The notes beneath the pieces are model-generated. The model was not told where the DNA came from. It ran no database searches and saw only the letters and a list, made by a program, of their open reading frames with translations. DNA of 64,000 nucleotides from Verrucomicrobiota bacterium (GTDB lineage: Bacteria > Verrucomicrobiota > Kiritimatiellia > UBA8416 > JBHORK01), in assembly GCA_042565725.1 (NCBI GenBank), contig JBHORK010000003.1, positions 10,000 through 73,999 on the forward strand, written 5' to 3'. Shown here piece by piece: positions 30,151 to 39,460 of the stretch. Made by a program: the position numbers and the translations under genes. The stretch's first letter is position 1. Each line of letters starts with the position of its first letter.

Positions 30151-31206
30151 ATGAGTATTAATAAAAGACCATTTGGCAGCCTGAAAGACGGTACACTTGT
30201 TGATATATATACGCTGATCAACAATAGCGGGCTGAAGGCCGAAATAACCAATTTTGGCGGGATAGTTGTTTCCCTGTCCGTTCCTGACCGGAATGGCGAA
30301 ATGGACGACGTTGTTCTGGGCTACGATACGCTCGAGGAGTATGTCAAGGATGATGCTTATTTCGGCAGTCTCGTGGGACGTTGCGGTAACAGGATAGCAA
30401 ATGGAAGATTCACTCTGAGCGGAAAAGAATACACCTTATATACGGGCGATAATCAGTGGCATCTTCATGGCGGCAAGAAAGGATTTAATAAGGTAGTATG
30501 GCAGGCAAATCCCGTTGAGACCGAAGATGGGCCGGCTTTGGAATTGAAATACATGAGCAAAGACGGAGAAGAGGGCTATCCCGGTAATCTTGACGTGAAG
30601 GCTATATACACACTAACCGACCAAAATGGACTCAAGCTGGAATTCACCGCCGCAACCGATCAGACCACAATAGTTAATCTCACGCATCATTCCTATTTTA
30701 ATCTGGCCGGGGCCGGGGCAGGAGATATTCTTGGCCACGAGCTGATGATTGCGGCTGACAGTTTCACCCCGACTGATGAAATCCAGGTTCCGACAGGCGA
30801 AATAAGAGCAGTTAAGGGTACACCGTTAGATTTTACGGAACCTATTGAAATCGGCGCGAGAATCGATGAGGATGATGAACAGCTTAAATATGGATATGGA
30901 TACGATCATAATTGGGTGCTGAACAAAGGGGAATGCAAGCAGATTCCGGCCGCGCGGGTTTTTGAATTAAACAGCGGTCGAATTATGGAGTTCTTTACAA
31001 GCGAGCCGGGAGTACAGCTTTATACCGGCAATTTCCTGAATGGCATAATGGGGAAAGATGGTAGGAAATATGAGCGTCGCTATGGTTTATGCCTTGAACC
31101 TCAGCATTTTCCGGACGCACCCAATAAGCCTGATTTTCCTTCAATTGTGCTGGAGCCGGGCGAGACCTTCAAGAGCTTTGTTCTATACAAATTCTCCGCA
31201 GTATGA
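30151..31206 (+). CDS. galM: Aldose 1-epimerase (galactose mutarotase)
   Basis: GR..NRIANGRF, HLHGG, EEGYPGNL, NLTHHSYFNL, GYDHNW, CLEPQHFPD. Confidence 0.96.
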   Translation: MSINKRPFGSLKDGTLVDIYTLINNSGLKAEITNFGGIVVSLSVPDRNGEMDDVVLGYDTLEEYVKDDAYFGSLVGRCGNRIANGRFTLSGKEYTLYTGDNQWHLHGGKKGFNKVVWQANPVETEDGPALELKYMSKDGEEGYPGNLDVKAIYTLTDQNGLKLEFTAATDQTTIVNLTHHSYFNLAGAGAGDILGHELMIAADSFTPTDEIQVPTGEIRAVKGTPLDFTEPIEIGARIDEDDEQLKYGYGYDHNWVLNKGECKQIPAARVFELNSGRIMEFFTSEPGVQLYTGNFLNGIMGKDGRKYERRYGLCLEPQHFPDAPNKPDFPSIVLEPGETFKSFVLYKFSAV

Positions 31207-31989
31207 GTCCGCTTGCCCAATTACCTGCGCGTAGGCATTGTGGTTATGAATGCTTTCGAGGTTTTCCGTTTCAACCTGATACCAGGTAATACGCGGATCT
31301 TTTCTCATCCGTACAGCGATAGAGCGAACGACGTCTTCGGCGAACCGAGGATTTTCGTAGGCATGCTCTGTCAGGTATTTTTCATCTTCCCTCTTGAGCA
31401 TAGAATAGAGTGGCGCGCTGGCTTCGGCTTCTGCCAGTTCTATCAGATCTTCAAGCCAAACGAGTTTTCGGCTTCTCACTTGAATGACTATCCGGGATCT
31501 CTGATTGTGGGCACCATATTCGCTGATTTCTTTTGAACAGGGGCAGACAGTAGTAACAGGAACACCTGCTTCCAGAATGAGGTCAAGACTATTATCTCCA
31601 TCCGAGACATTCATGGTGGCAAGAAAGGCGCAATCATAGTCCATCAGTGATTTGACGCCTGAAACAGGAGCGGTCTTTTCAATCGAATACGGGAAGCGGA
31701 TTTCTATGTGAGCGGTTTCGGATTCGAACCGTTCCAGCATAGCTTTAAGAATGGCGCCGATTTCTTGTACGGCTATCCTGCCGCGGTACTGATTTATAAT
31801 CTCCACGAACCGGGACATGTGTGTGCCTTTGAAGTGGTGAGGAAGATCCACGAACATGTTAACTGTGGCAACAGTATGCTGTGATTCATTCTGACGATCC
31901 ATGACAACTACAGGGTAACGCAGATTCTTGATTCCAACTTTATGAATCGGGACTTTTCGGTCATCATGACTGTTCTGTACATCTTTCAT
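31183..31989 (-). CDS. folE2: GTP cyclohydrolase IB
   Basis: MKDVQ, KGTHMSRF, TTVCPCSKEISEYGAHNQRS, KREDEK, ENPRFAEDVVR, ESIHNHNAYA. Confidence 0.96.
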   Translation of the reverse strand: MKDVQNSHDDRKVPIHKVGIKNLRYPVVVMDRQNESQHTVATVNMFVDLPHHFKGTHMSRFVEIINQYRGRIAVQEIGAILKAMLERFESETAHIEIRFPYSIEKTAPVSGVKSLMDYDCAFLATMNVSDGDNSLDLILEAGVPVTTVCPCSKEISEYGAHNQRSRIVIQVRSRKLVWLEDLIELAEAEASAPLYSMLKREDEKYLTEHAYENPRFAEDVVRSIAVRMRKDPRITWYQVETENLESIHNHNAYAQVIGQADSYCGEFV

Positions 31990-32016
31990 AATGGAATAGT
32001 TTGATTATATGGCGCA

Positions 32017-32700
32017 CTAGTCAAGTTCGTTTTCCAAATGACGAATCATCTTTTGCAATTTATTTTGAACACGACTTTTATAGACGTATATCGTGTTTTC
32101 CCGGAGTTTAAGAGTTTTTGCAATCTCGGAGACAGGACGACCTTTTACCCATAACAGAAAAGCTTCCTGAACCGATTCACTGAAATCATCCTTTATTTTC
32201 CCCCATGCCAGGTTGCTGATATATTCTTTCCACTCTTCTTCGGCTATCATTTCCAATGAATTGAGATCTATGCGACGCAGGTAATCGGGCAGTTCATTTT
32301 TCTTGTACCGCTTTAATCGGCTTGCTCGACGACTGTAACTGCGCATAAAGTTTTTTACGGTGTTTCGGACAACAGTGCAGAGCCAGCTGCGGAATTTGCC
32401 GCGTTCACGGTTAAACTTTATTTCCGGCAGCTTCTTCCAGAGTTTGAGCATCACCATTTGGACGAGTTCTTCTGCATTATGATGATCAAGTCCCATGCCT
32501 CTGCTTATGTTGTAGACATACTGGCGATAATAGGATATGAAATCTTCCCAAGCTACTTCATCGTAGCGGTCTTTAATCTTTTGTAAAAGAGTTTGGCGGG
32601 TATATAATGGGTCATCTTGAGGAAGGCATTCTGTTTTTTCGGTGCATTTCCGGGCAGGTCGAGAGGTCTTTTTTATAGAAGCTTTACGTTTGGCAGTCAT
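32017..32700 (-). CDS. ECF-type sigma-70 factor (Planctomycete/Lentisphaera-like)
   Basis: TRQTLL.KIK....AWEDF...Y, AEELVQ, GKFRSWL, IA..L....N.IYVYKSRV. Confidence 0.88.
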   Translation of the reverse strand: MTAKRKASIKKTSRPARKCTEKTECLPQDDPLYTRQTLLQKIKDRYDEVAWEDFISYYRQYVYNISRGMGLDHHNAEELVQMVMLKLWKKLPEIKFNRERGKFRSWLCTVVRNTVKNFMRSYSRRASRLKRYKKNELPDYLRRIDLNSLEMIAEEEWKEYISNLAWGKIKDDFSESVQEAFLLWVKGRPVSEIAKTLKLRENTIYVYKSRVQNKLQKMIRHLENELD

Positions 32701-32831
32701 ATTGCACTGAATTTGTCACAAAAAAAGAGGCTGTTTGTCAAGATTGGGCTGTTTGAAGGTGTTTTTATTGATAGTAGATTTAGTTATTAGAAAGCATATT
32801 TCAGGTATAAATATCAAGGAATAGAGAATAT

Positions 32832-34556
32832 ATGAAGCTATATTCGATGCAATCAGTAAAAAATACGTTCATTGCTGTGATATTTCTATTATTAGTAGCG
32901 AAAATCGGCTGGAGCGAGCCGAATGTCGCCACCGGTGAAAATCAGCAATATGAGCACATGAAATGGTGGGAAAATGCCAGATTTGGAGTTTTTATTCACT
33001 GGGGACCATGTGCTCTCAAAAATACGGAAATAAGTTGGGGCAGATTCGGTGACCGTCCGGGTAAAGGAAAAGCCACTCAGGGTGTGCCTGCTAAAGAGTA
33101 CGACAACCTTTATAAAAAATTCAATCCTGTAAAATTTAACGCCAAAGAATGGGTTCGCATGATTAAGGATTCAGGGGCGCGTTATCTTATCTTTACCACA
33201 AAGCATCATGACGGCTTTTGTATGTTTGATACCAGCCAGCGCGATTACAAAATCACCAAATCACCATTTGGACGCGATATAACAAAAGAATTGGCCGATG
33301 CCTGTCATGAGGCGGGGGTAAAAATATTCTGGTACTACTCTCAGCCGGATTGGACTCACCCCGATTATCTTACAGATAACCATAAACGCTACGTAAAGTA
33401 TCTGCATGAGCAGGTCAGGGAGTTGTTAACCAATTACGGGAAAATTGACGGTGTATGGTTTGATGGGCTTGGAATGGAAGGTTCCTCTTGGAATTCGGAA
33501 GAACTTGACCCGATGATTCGAGAATTACAGCCGGGGATAATTATCAATAGCCGCATAGCAAGAGAATTGCCTGGTGATTTTGACACGCCCGAGGGCCGTG
33601 TAGGCTGCTTCCAGATTGATCGTCCCTGGGAGACATGTATGTCCATACATAGTGGATGGTCGTTTCGTGAGAATTCTAAAGTCAAAAGCCTGAAAGATTG
33701 TATCCGTGTTCTCGTTCGTTGTGCGGGTAACGGAGGGAATTTAGCTTTGAATTTTGGCCCTGCGCCAGATGGCAGTATTCCAGCTGAAGTAGCGAAGCGT
33801 TATCTTGCCATAGGTAAGTGGCTTAAGAAATATGGAGAAAGTATTTATGGCACAACAGGAGGGCCGTGGGTGTTTTGTCCGACTGATAATATCACCTCAA
33901 CGAGAAACGGTAATAAGATATATCTTCACATATTGCAGAAGCCCCCTAAAGGATCTATTGAACTGCACGGTTTCGACAAAAAAATAGTGGGCCACAAGGT
34001 CTTAACCGGCGGCAAGGCGTGGGTGCGGCAAACCCATAGTAAAATTACAATAAAAATCTCTCCAGAACACTTCAATCCTACAAATACGATAGTAATGCTG
34101 AAACTTGACGGGGATGCTTTGAGCATTCCTCCAATTTCAAACATTGAGAAAGGCGCGGTATCAATACGCAAGAATGCAACTTCATCACCTGCGCTGGATG
34201 AAGATCATAACGCTTCAAAAGCATTTGATAATGATTTGACTACTTACTGGAAGGGTAAGTGGCATGATCCGAGTTACGAGGACACTGCCGGCTGGATTGA
34301 AGTGGATTTGGGGTGGCCTGTTGATATTGACCGTATTGCCGTATACGGCGGTGATCATGGAGTGCAAAATTATGAATTGCAGTACAAAAAAGATGAGAAA
34401 TGGAAAACTTTTCATAAAGGCAAAAAACCGGACGGCTTGAATCTGAAAGTTAATTCTGTGAAAGCTCGTCATGTCCGTCTTTATATGGAATATTTATGGA
34501 AGCCGAACATATATGAATTTCAGGTTTTTGAAAAACAACACAAGGGTAGGAGGTAA
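32832..34556 (+). CDS. Secreted alpha-L-fucosidase (GH29) with C-terminal F5/8 (CBM32-like) domain
   Basis: Signal peptide, WW.NARFGVFIHWG, TTKHHDGFCMF, YGKIDGVWFDG, C-terminal AFDND.TT.W...VDLG. Confidence 0.93.
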   Translation: MKLYSMQSVKNTFIAVIFLLLVAKIGWSEPNVATGENQQYEHMKWWENARFGVFIHWGPCALKNTEISWGRFGDRPGKGKATQGVPAKEYDNLYKKFNPVKFNAKEWVRMIKDSGARYLIFTTKHHDGFCMFDTSQRDYKITKSPFGRDITKELADACHEAGVKIFWYYSQPDWTHPDYLTDNHKRYVKYLHEQVRELLTNYGKIDGVWFDGLGMEGSSWNSEELDPMIRELQPGIIINSRIARELPGDFDTPEGRVGCFQIDRPWETCMSIHSGWSFRENSKVKSLKDCIRVLVRCAGNGGNLALNFGPAPDGSIPAEVAKRYLAIGKWLKKYGESIYGTTGGPWVFCPTDNITSTRNGNKIYLHILQKPPKGSIELHGFDKKIVGHKVLTGGKAWVRQTHSKITIKISPEHFNPTNTIVMLKLDGDALSIPPISNIEKGAVSIRKNATSSPALDEDHNASKAFDNDLTTYWKGKWHDPSYEDTAGWIEVDLGWPVDIDRIAVYGGDHGVQNYELQYKKDEKWKTFHKGKKPDGLNLKVNSVKARHVRLYMEYLWKPNIYEFQVFEKQHKGRR

Positions 34557-34561
34557 ACAGG

Positions 34562-35578
34562 GTGGATATAAAGAACGGAACCGCAACTTTTGTTATGCCG
34601 CATTGGCTTAATGGTGATGAACAAAGCAGGAAATATCTTGATGAAGCTATAAAGTCTCTGTTCGAGCAGACGGATAGTAACTGGCAATTGGTTATTGTTG
34701 ATGACCTTTCACCTTCTGAACAGGCAAAAGATTATCTCAAACAGCTTAGCGAAAAACACCCGGATAAGATTCATGTCATATTTAAAGAGACTAACGATGG
34801 GCCGGGATATTGCAGAAACATAGGAATTGATTGGGCTCACGAGCATGATTCGCCTTTTGTGCTTTATAACGATGCTGACGATGATTCCGATCCGAAACGC
34901 GTAGAAACTGCCAGGAAAATCTTTATGGAAGATCCGGAGGCAAGTGTGATCTATTCCACCATAAAGATTATTGATGAGAACAGTGAACTTGTGCCTGAAG
35001 AAAAACTTACGCCTTCTATAGTGGAGATTATCGAATCGCATAAACATAATCCACCCCAGGGGCTGAATGCGTGGATTGAAATTGGTACTGACAAAGGATA
35101 TACAAATCTGACTTCCGCTACTGCTGTCAGAACGGAGATAGCGAAAGCGTACCCTTTCCCTCCTGAAAAGGTGTCTGAAGATTCACATACATGGATGCGT
35201 TATTCCGCTGGCGGCGGTAAATTTGTATATACGCCGGAAACGCCAACCCTTTACAGGATTCCACAGGATACTGCAGGTTCGGCCTCACGTTCACGGGAAG
35301 GCGGTAAGCATGGTTTCTATGTAACTAAGGCCAGAGTGGATACTGATGGCTTCCAGGAGGCCGTAAGGCTGGCTCTTGAGAATGGCAAGCTTGATCCCGC
35401 TGATAAGGATACGGTATTGATCGGGTTTTACGTCAAGCTGGGTGAGACCATGGCAAAAGAGCAGGAAATGGACATTGCCAGTGAGCAAATCACCTGTGCG
35501 ATTAAGCTTTCACAGGAAAAGACCCAACAGGCGCTGGCTAAAAGAGGTCTACAGGACGCGGATTGGGCTTCTATCTAG
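34562..35578 (+). CDS. Glycosyltransferase family 2 protein
   Basis: AIKSLFEQT..NWQLVIVDDLS, N.GPGYCRNIGI, YNDADD, EDSHTW. Confidence 0.85.
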   Translation: MDIKNGTATFVMPHWLNGDEQSRKYLDEAIKSLFEQTDSNWQLVIVDDLSPSEQAKDYLKQLSEKHPDKIHVIFKETNDGPGYCRNIGIDWAHEHDSPFVLYNDADDDSDPKRVETARKIFMEDPEASVIYSTIKIIDENSELVPEEKLTPSIVEIIESHKHNPPQGLNAWIEIGTDKGYTNLTSATAVRTEIAKAYPFPPEKVSEDSHTWMRYSAGGGKFVYTPETPTLYRIPQDTAGSASRSREGGKHGFYVTKARVDTDGFQEAVRLALENGKLDPADKDTVLIGFYVKLGETMAKEQEMDIASEQITCAIKLSQEKTQQALAKRGLQDADWASI

Positions 35579-35630
35579 ACGTTGTTCGAAAAGGGTTTCG
35601 AACAGCGTATGGTTAATGGTTGATGGTTGA

Positions 35631-35660
35631 CCTGTCCTCCGTAGCCTTGGCGAAGGGGGA
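35631..35660 (+). mobile_element. CCTG-hairpin micro-element nested in an ATGGTTG heptamer array
   Basis: atggttaatggttgatggttga|cctgtcctccgtagccttggcgaaggggga|tggttgatg. Confidence 0.75.
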
Positions 35661-35761
35661 TGGTTGATGTTTCCTGCACACATTTTCTCTGTTATCTGAT
35701 AAAGACATAATGTCTTCTTGCATAAAAGCCACGGAGTATCTGATCTTAATTTTGTCTAAAC

Positions 35762-36094
35762 CTATTGCATTTTATTGTGTGTGTTCTTCTTGCGTTTGAG
35801 AAGCTGGCGAAAGCCGAGCCGGATCAAGGGAAAAGCTCCCACACCCGTCATCATTATGCCAGGGATAAAAATTATCCAGCTCAGGATAAACGCCGCTAAT
35901 GCAGCGTACGACCAGGGTGATTTTATATTGTTGATCGCTAACGCGCCGAACGCAAACATCGCTCCCCAGAAAATATAGCTGATGGCTATCAGTATAAGGC
36001 CGATTTTTAATCGTGCCTTCTTTTTGCGCTCATCATCAATACCCGATGTTTGTCCTTGAATATTCAAAAGAACTGTACCTCCATTGCAAAACAT
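35762..36094 (-). CDS. Small membrane protein (2-3 TM), hypothetical
   Basis: Hydrophobic segments flanked by basic residues. Start placed at ATG 36094 behind TTGACG-16-TATATC; the start is uncertain. Confidence 0.55.
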   Translation of the reverse strand: MFCNGGTVLLNIQGQTSGIDDERKKKARLKIGLILIAISYIFWGAMFAFGALAINNIKSPWSYAALAAFILSWIIFIPGIMMTGVGAFPLIRLGFRQLLKRKKNTHNKMQ

Positions 36095-36287
36095 TCCCTT
36101 GATATACTCACGCAACTGCGTCCGTCAATGGAAATTCCTCTTTATTTGATTGCTGTTGTCGAAAACATTGGAGTAATCTGTTGATGAATGAAAGAAGGCA
36201 GAAGCTGGCAGAGTGCTGGCGAGATACGAAATACCAGCCGCTTGCGAGCGTAAGCGAGTGATGCGGCGCTTTACGAGATACGATAAA

Positions 36288-38015
36288 ATGCAGCTTATTA
36301 ACGAAATTCTTGCGGAAAAACTGAAAGATAGCTTTAAGAAGGTCTATCCGGATTCTGCCAGTGAATTCTCCTCAATCTCTGTTGTTGCCGCAGAAAATCC
36401 AGAGTTTGGAGATTATCAGTGTAATGATTCAATGGCTTTGGCAAAGATGCTGAAAAAATCTCCGCGTGAAATCGCTGAATCTGTTTCCGCCTGTATGTCG
36501 GCAGGTGATGACGACATTCTGGAGCAGATTGATGTTGCCGGTCCGGGTTTTATTAATATGTCTTTAAAGCAGGAATTTCTTATCAACCGCCTCAAGGCCA
36601 TCGCGGAAGATGCGGGTTTGGGAGTTTCCGGGGCAGGGGAGGGGCATACGGCAGTAATCGATTATTCGAGCCCGAATGTGGCTAAGCCCATGCATATCGG
36701 GCATATTCGATCCACGATCATAGGTAATGCGTTGGACCGAATGCATCGTTTTCTTGGATACAAGGTTATCGCAGATAATCATATCGGTGACTGGGGAACG
36801 CAGTTCGGGATCTTGACAATGGGCTATCGCAATTTTATCGATAAGGAAGCGCTGGAAAAAGCACCTGTCGAAGAACTTGAACGTGTGTATGTAAAGAGCT
36901 ACGAGAAGTCAAGAGAAGATGAGCAATGGCTCAAGCAATGCAGGCAGGAGCTTGTAAAGCTTCAGTCCGGAGACGCGGAAAATATTGCGTTGTGGAAAGA
37001 ATTTGTTGAAGTCAGCATGAAAGAATTTGACCGGATATACAAGCGGCTGGATGTGTCGTTCGATTTTGTCCGAGGTGAGAGTTACTATAAAGACAAACTT
37101 CAAGGTGTAATCGACAAGCTTGAAAAGGAAAAGCTTGCCGAACAAAGCGAAGGTGCAACGGTGGTGTTTCTGGATGATGAAAAACTGCCGGTTTGTATAG
37201 TTCGCAAGAGTGATGGCGGCTTTAATTATGCTACAAGCGACCTGGCGACTGTCATGAGCCGCATAGATGAATTTCAGCCGGACAAAATCGTTTATATCAC
37301 AGATGAACGCCAGCAGCTTCACTTCAGGCAGATTTTTGCAATCAGCAGCAAGCTGGGCCTGAAGGTTAATCTGCATCACGTATGGTTTGGCTTGATGCGT
37401 CTGCCGGAGGGTACGTTTTCAACGCGGGAGGGAAATGTTATCAAGCTGGAAAAACTGCTTGATGAGGCGGAAGCTAGAGCGTTGGAAATAGTTAAAGAAT
37501 CAAGCCCGGAAATGGCTGAAGATCAACAGAAAGAAGTTGCGCGTGCGGTAGGGATTGGAGCGGTGAAGTATGCGGATCTAAGTCAAAGCCCTCAAACGGC
37601 GGTTACTTTTACATGGAAGAAGGCATTGGCGTTGGACGGAAATTCGGCGCCATATCTTCAGTATGCTTATGCGCGTATCGAAAGTGTTCGGGATAAGTAT
37701 TCAGAAAAGTTTCCTGACAGTGACCTTGCATCGTTTTTACTTAAACTTACAGAACCAATAGAGCGGATACTGGCATTGAAAGTTATTCAATTCTCGGAAC
37801 ATATTATACGCGCGACGCATAGCTATAAGCCAAGTGTGTTGGCTGATTATCTGTACGATCTGGCGCGGACCTATAGTACGTTTTATCAGAATGTTCCTTT
37901 TTTAAAAGCCGATACGGGGGTTAGAGAAAGCCGAGTGCAATTATGTGGAATTGTGGCAAAAGTATTACATAAAGGACTTGAGCTTCTGGGTATAGAGACA
38001 CCGGAACGGATATAG
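36288..38015 (+). CDS. argS: Arginyl-tRNA synthetase
   Basis: FGDYQCN, AGPGFIN, IDYSSPNVAKPMHIGHIRSTIIG, HIGDWGTQFG, GNSAPYLQYAYARI. Start placed at ATG 36288, after a repeat-derived upstream stretch. Confidence 0.97.
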   Translation: MQLINEILAEKLKDSFKKVYPDSASEFSSISVVAAENPEFGDYQCNDSMALAKMLKKSPREIAESVSACMSAGDDDILEQIDVAGPGFINMSLKQEFLINRLKAIAEDAGLGVSGAGEGHTAVIDYSSPNVAKPMHIGHIRSTIIGNALDRMHRFLGYKVIADNHIGDWGTQFGILTMGYRNFIDKEALEKAPVEELERVYVKSYEKSREDEQWLKQCRQELVKLQSGDAENIALWKEFVEVSMKEFDRIYKRLDVSFDFVRGESYYKDKLQGVIDKLEKEKLAEQSEGATVVFLDDEKLPVCIVRKSDGGFNYATSDLATVMSRIDEFQPDKIVYITDERQQLHFRQIFAISSKLGLKVNLHHVWFGLMRLPEGTFSTREGNVIKLEKLLDEAEARALEIVKESSPEMAEDQQKEVARAVGIGAVKYADLSQSPQTAVTFTWKKALALDGNSAPYLQYAYARIESVRDKYSEKFPDSDLASFLLKLTEPIERILALKVIQFSEHIIRATHSYKPSVLADYLYDLARTYSTFYQNVPFLKADTGVRESRVQLCGIVAKVLHKGLELLGIETPERI

Positions 38016-38086
38016 TATCTTGTATTTAGGTTCTTCCCTGTTTTGCGTTGAAACTTAAACCAGGCGAAGGATACACAGCAAATATA

Positions 38087-38226
38087 CCAAATCGCTATCG
38101 AAATCGGTATCGGTATCGAAATAACATGGGATTGAGGTACAAAAAGCAGGACATCTACCGCCTTGTAATAAATTACGTAGCTTGGGTCTACAAAACTACA
38201 GAATCGATTTCGATAGCGATCCCGAT
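38087..38226 (+). pseudogene. Hexamer (ATCGNN) inverted-repeat element with 5' fragment of a four-helix-bundle gene
   Basis: Left arm ccaaatcgctatcgaaatcggtatcggtatcgaaataac, then ATG giving MGLRYKKQDIYRLVINYVAWVYK, then right arm atcgatttcgatagcgatcccgat. Homologous to 10478-10637. Confidence 0.75.
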
Positions 38227-38561
38227 TAAGTTCATTCTAACCGGAATTCCTAGCCTGATCATTGCATGAGTTCAGAGTGACGGAGCTGGCTGGCAGGCGA
38301 CTTACAGTAAAAAGGCCTGTCAGCCAGGTTGGTTTCATTGGACAGGATAAATTTTCATTATCGCTACCGTTTGTGTGGGTCCTCTCTTACCAACCCAGCT
38401 TAAGGCCGCCTATAGTATTAGCATAGAGCATGCCAATAGGGTGGTGAATGTAAGATTGGCACGAGAAACAGCTGAAAATGCCTGTTTTATTAGGGAATTT
38501 AGAGGGAACATGGTACAGCCATTATTAAGCCGGTGAGACAGTTGTTCGAATACCAGAAAGC

Positions 38562-38772
38562 AATTCTAAGCACTAAACCCTAAATTCTAAACAATCCGCC
38601 GTTGCCAAGGCTATGGCGGGACAAGATTTCAATGATCTAAATTCAAATGCTCAAAACGCAGAGAATGCTCAGAAGTGCAGATCTGCAAGTATTGGCACCA
38701 AATGTTTTGATTATTTGAACATTAGAATTTAGGATTTGTTTAGAAATTATATATTAGATATTAGGATTTCGC
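38562..38772. repeat. Long inverted heptamer element (CTAAATT / AATTTAG family) with a nested hairpin micro-element at 38595-38625
   Basis: Left arm aattctaagcactaaaccctaaattctaaacaa...ctaaattcaaatgctcaaaac, right arm gttttgattatttgaacattagaatttaggatttgtttagaa...attaggattt. Confidence 0.85.
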
Positions 38773-38890
38773 ATTTTGCGTCATTTGTAGCCTGAAAAAT
38801 CTTCACAAAAAAGCTTGCAGCGCAAAATGCTCTGCTATAACCTCTCTTTCCCAACAATCGTGTATACTGAATATGTAAAAAAAGGACATT

Positions 38891-39142
38891 ATGGGCACAG
38901 GAAGATCATTCAATAAAGATCCAAAGACCAGGCCGAAAAAGAAAACCAGGGAACGCAAACGTAGGATAAAAACCCAGCAGAAACGGCTCATAGCCCTTGG
39001 TATGTCGGAAGATGCTGTTTCCCGCCTGAACACAGAGCAAATCAGAACATTGCTTAAGAGACCCGCGAAGATATCGGTCGAGACTAAGCCTAAAGCTAAT
39101 AAAACTAAAGCTAAGGCCAAAGCCAAGACAAAGAGTAAATAG
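38891..39142 (+). CDS. Small basic hypothetical protein
   Basis: 83 aa, K/R-rich, AAGGA ribosome-binding site; core TRPKKK..ERKRRIKTQQKRLIALG. Confidence 0.7.
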   Translation: MGTGRSFNKDPKTRPKKKTRERKRRIKTQQKRLIALGMSEDAVSRLNTEQIRTLLKRPAKISVETKPKANKTKAKAKAKTKSK

Positions 39143-39151
39143 TCGATGGTT

Positions 39152-39430
39152 TCAGTGAACAGCCTTGTATCTGAGAATCTTGAAGTTCACTTGTGAGAGT
39201 TCTCGCGCCAGTTTACGAAGACGTCGGTGTTTTACAGTCATTTCACCAGCTTCTTTCAGTACATTTTTTCGAATGTATTTGGTTACCGTCTTTCCGTCCA
39301 CCTTGTCGGTCAGGTAATATCCCGACTGTGAGGGCGCTTTAACAATCGACCCCATTAACAGATCCAAGTTTGAAATAATACCTTTTTTGATCTTGTCCCT
39401 CTGAAACATCAATTGATTCAACCTCTTCAT
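39152..39430 (-). CDS. Small basic protein, DUF6788-like
   Basis: LLMGSI....YYLTDKVDGKTVTKYI pattern; AAGGAGG Shine-Dalgarno and its own promoter. Family call is from recollection. Confidence 0.6.
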   Translation of the reverse strand: MKRLNQLMFQRDKIKKGIISNLDLLMGSIVKAPSQSGYYLTDKVDGKTVTKYIRKNVLKEAGEMTVKHRRLRKLARELSQVNFKILRYKAVH

Positions 39431-39460
39431 GATATGCCTCCTTATAAAAGTATTAATACT

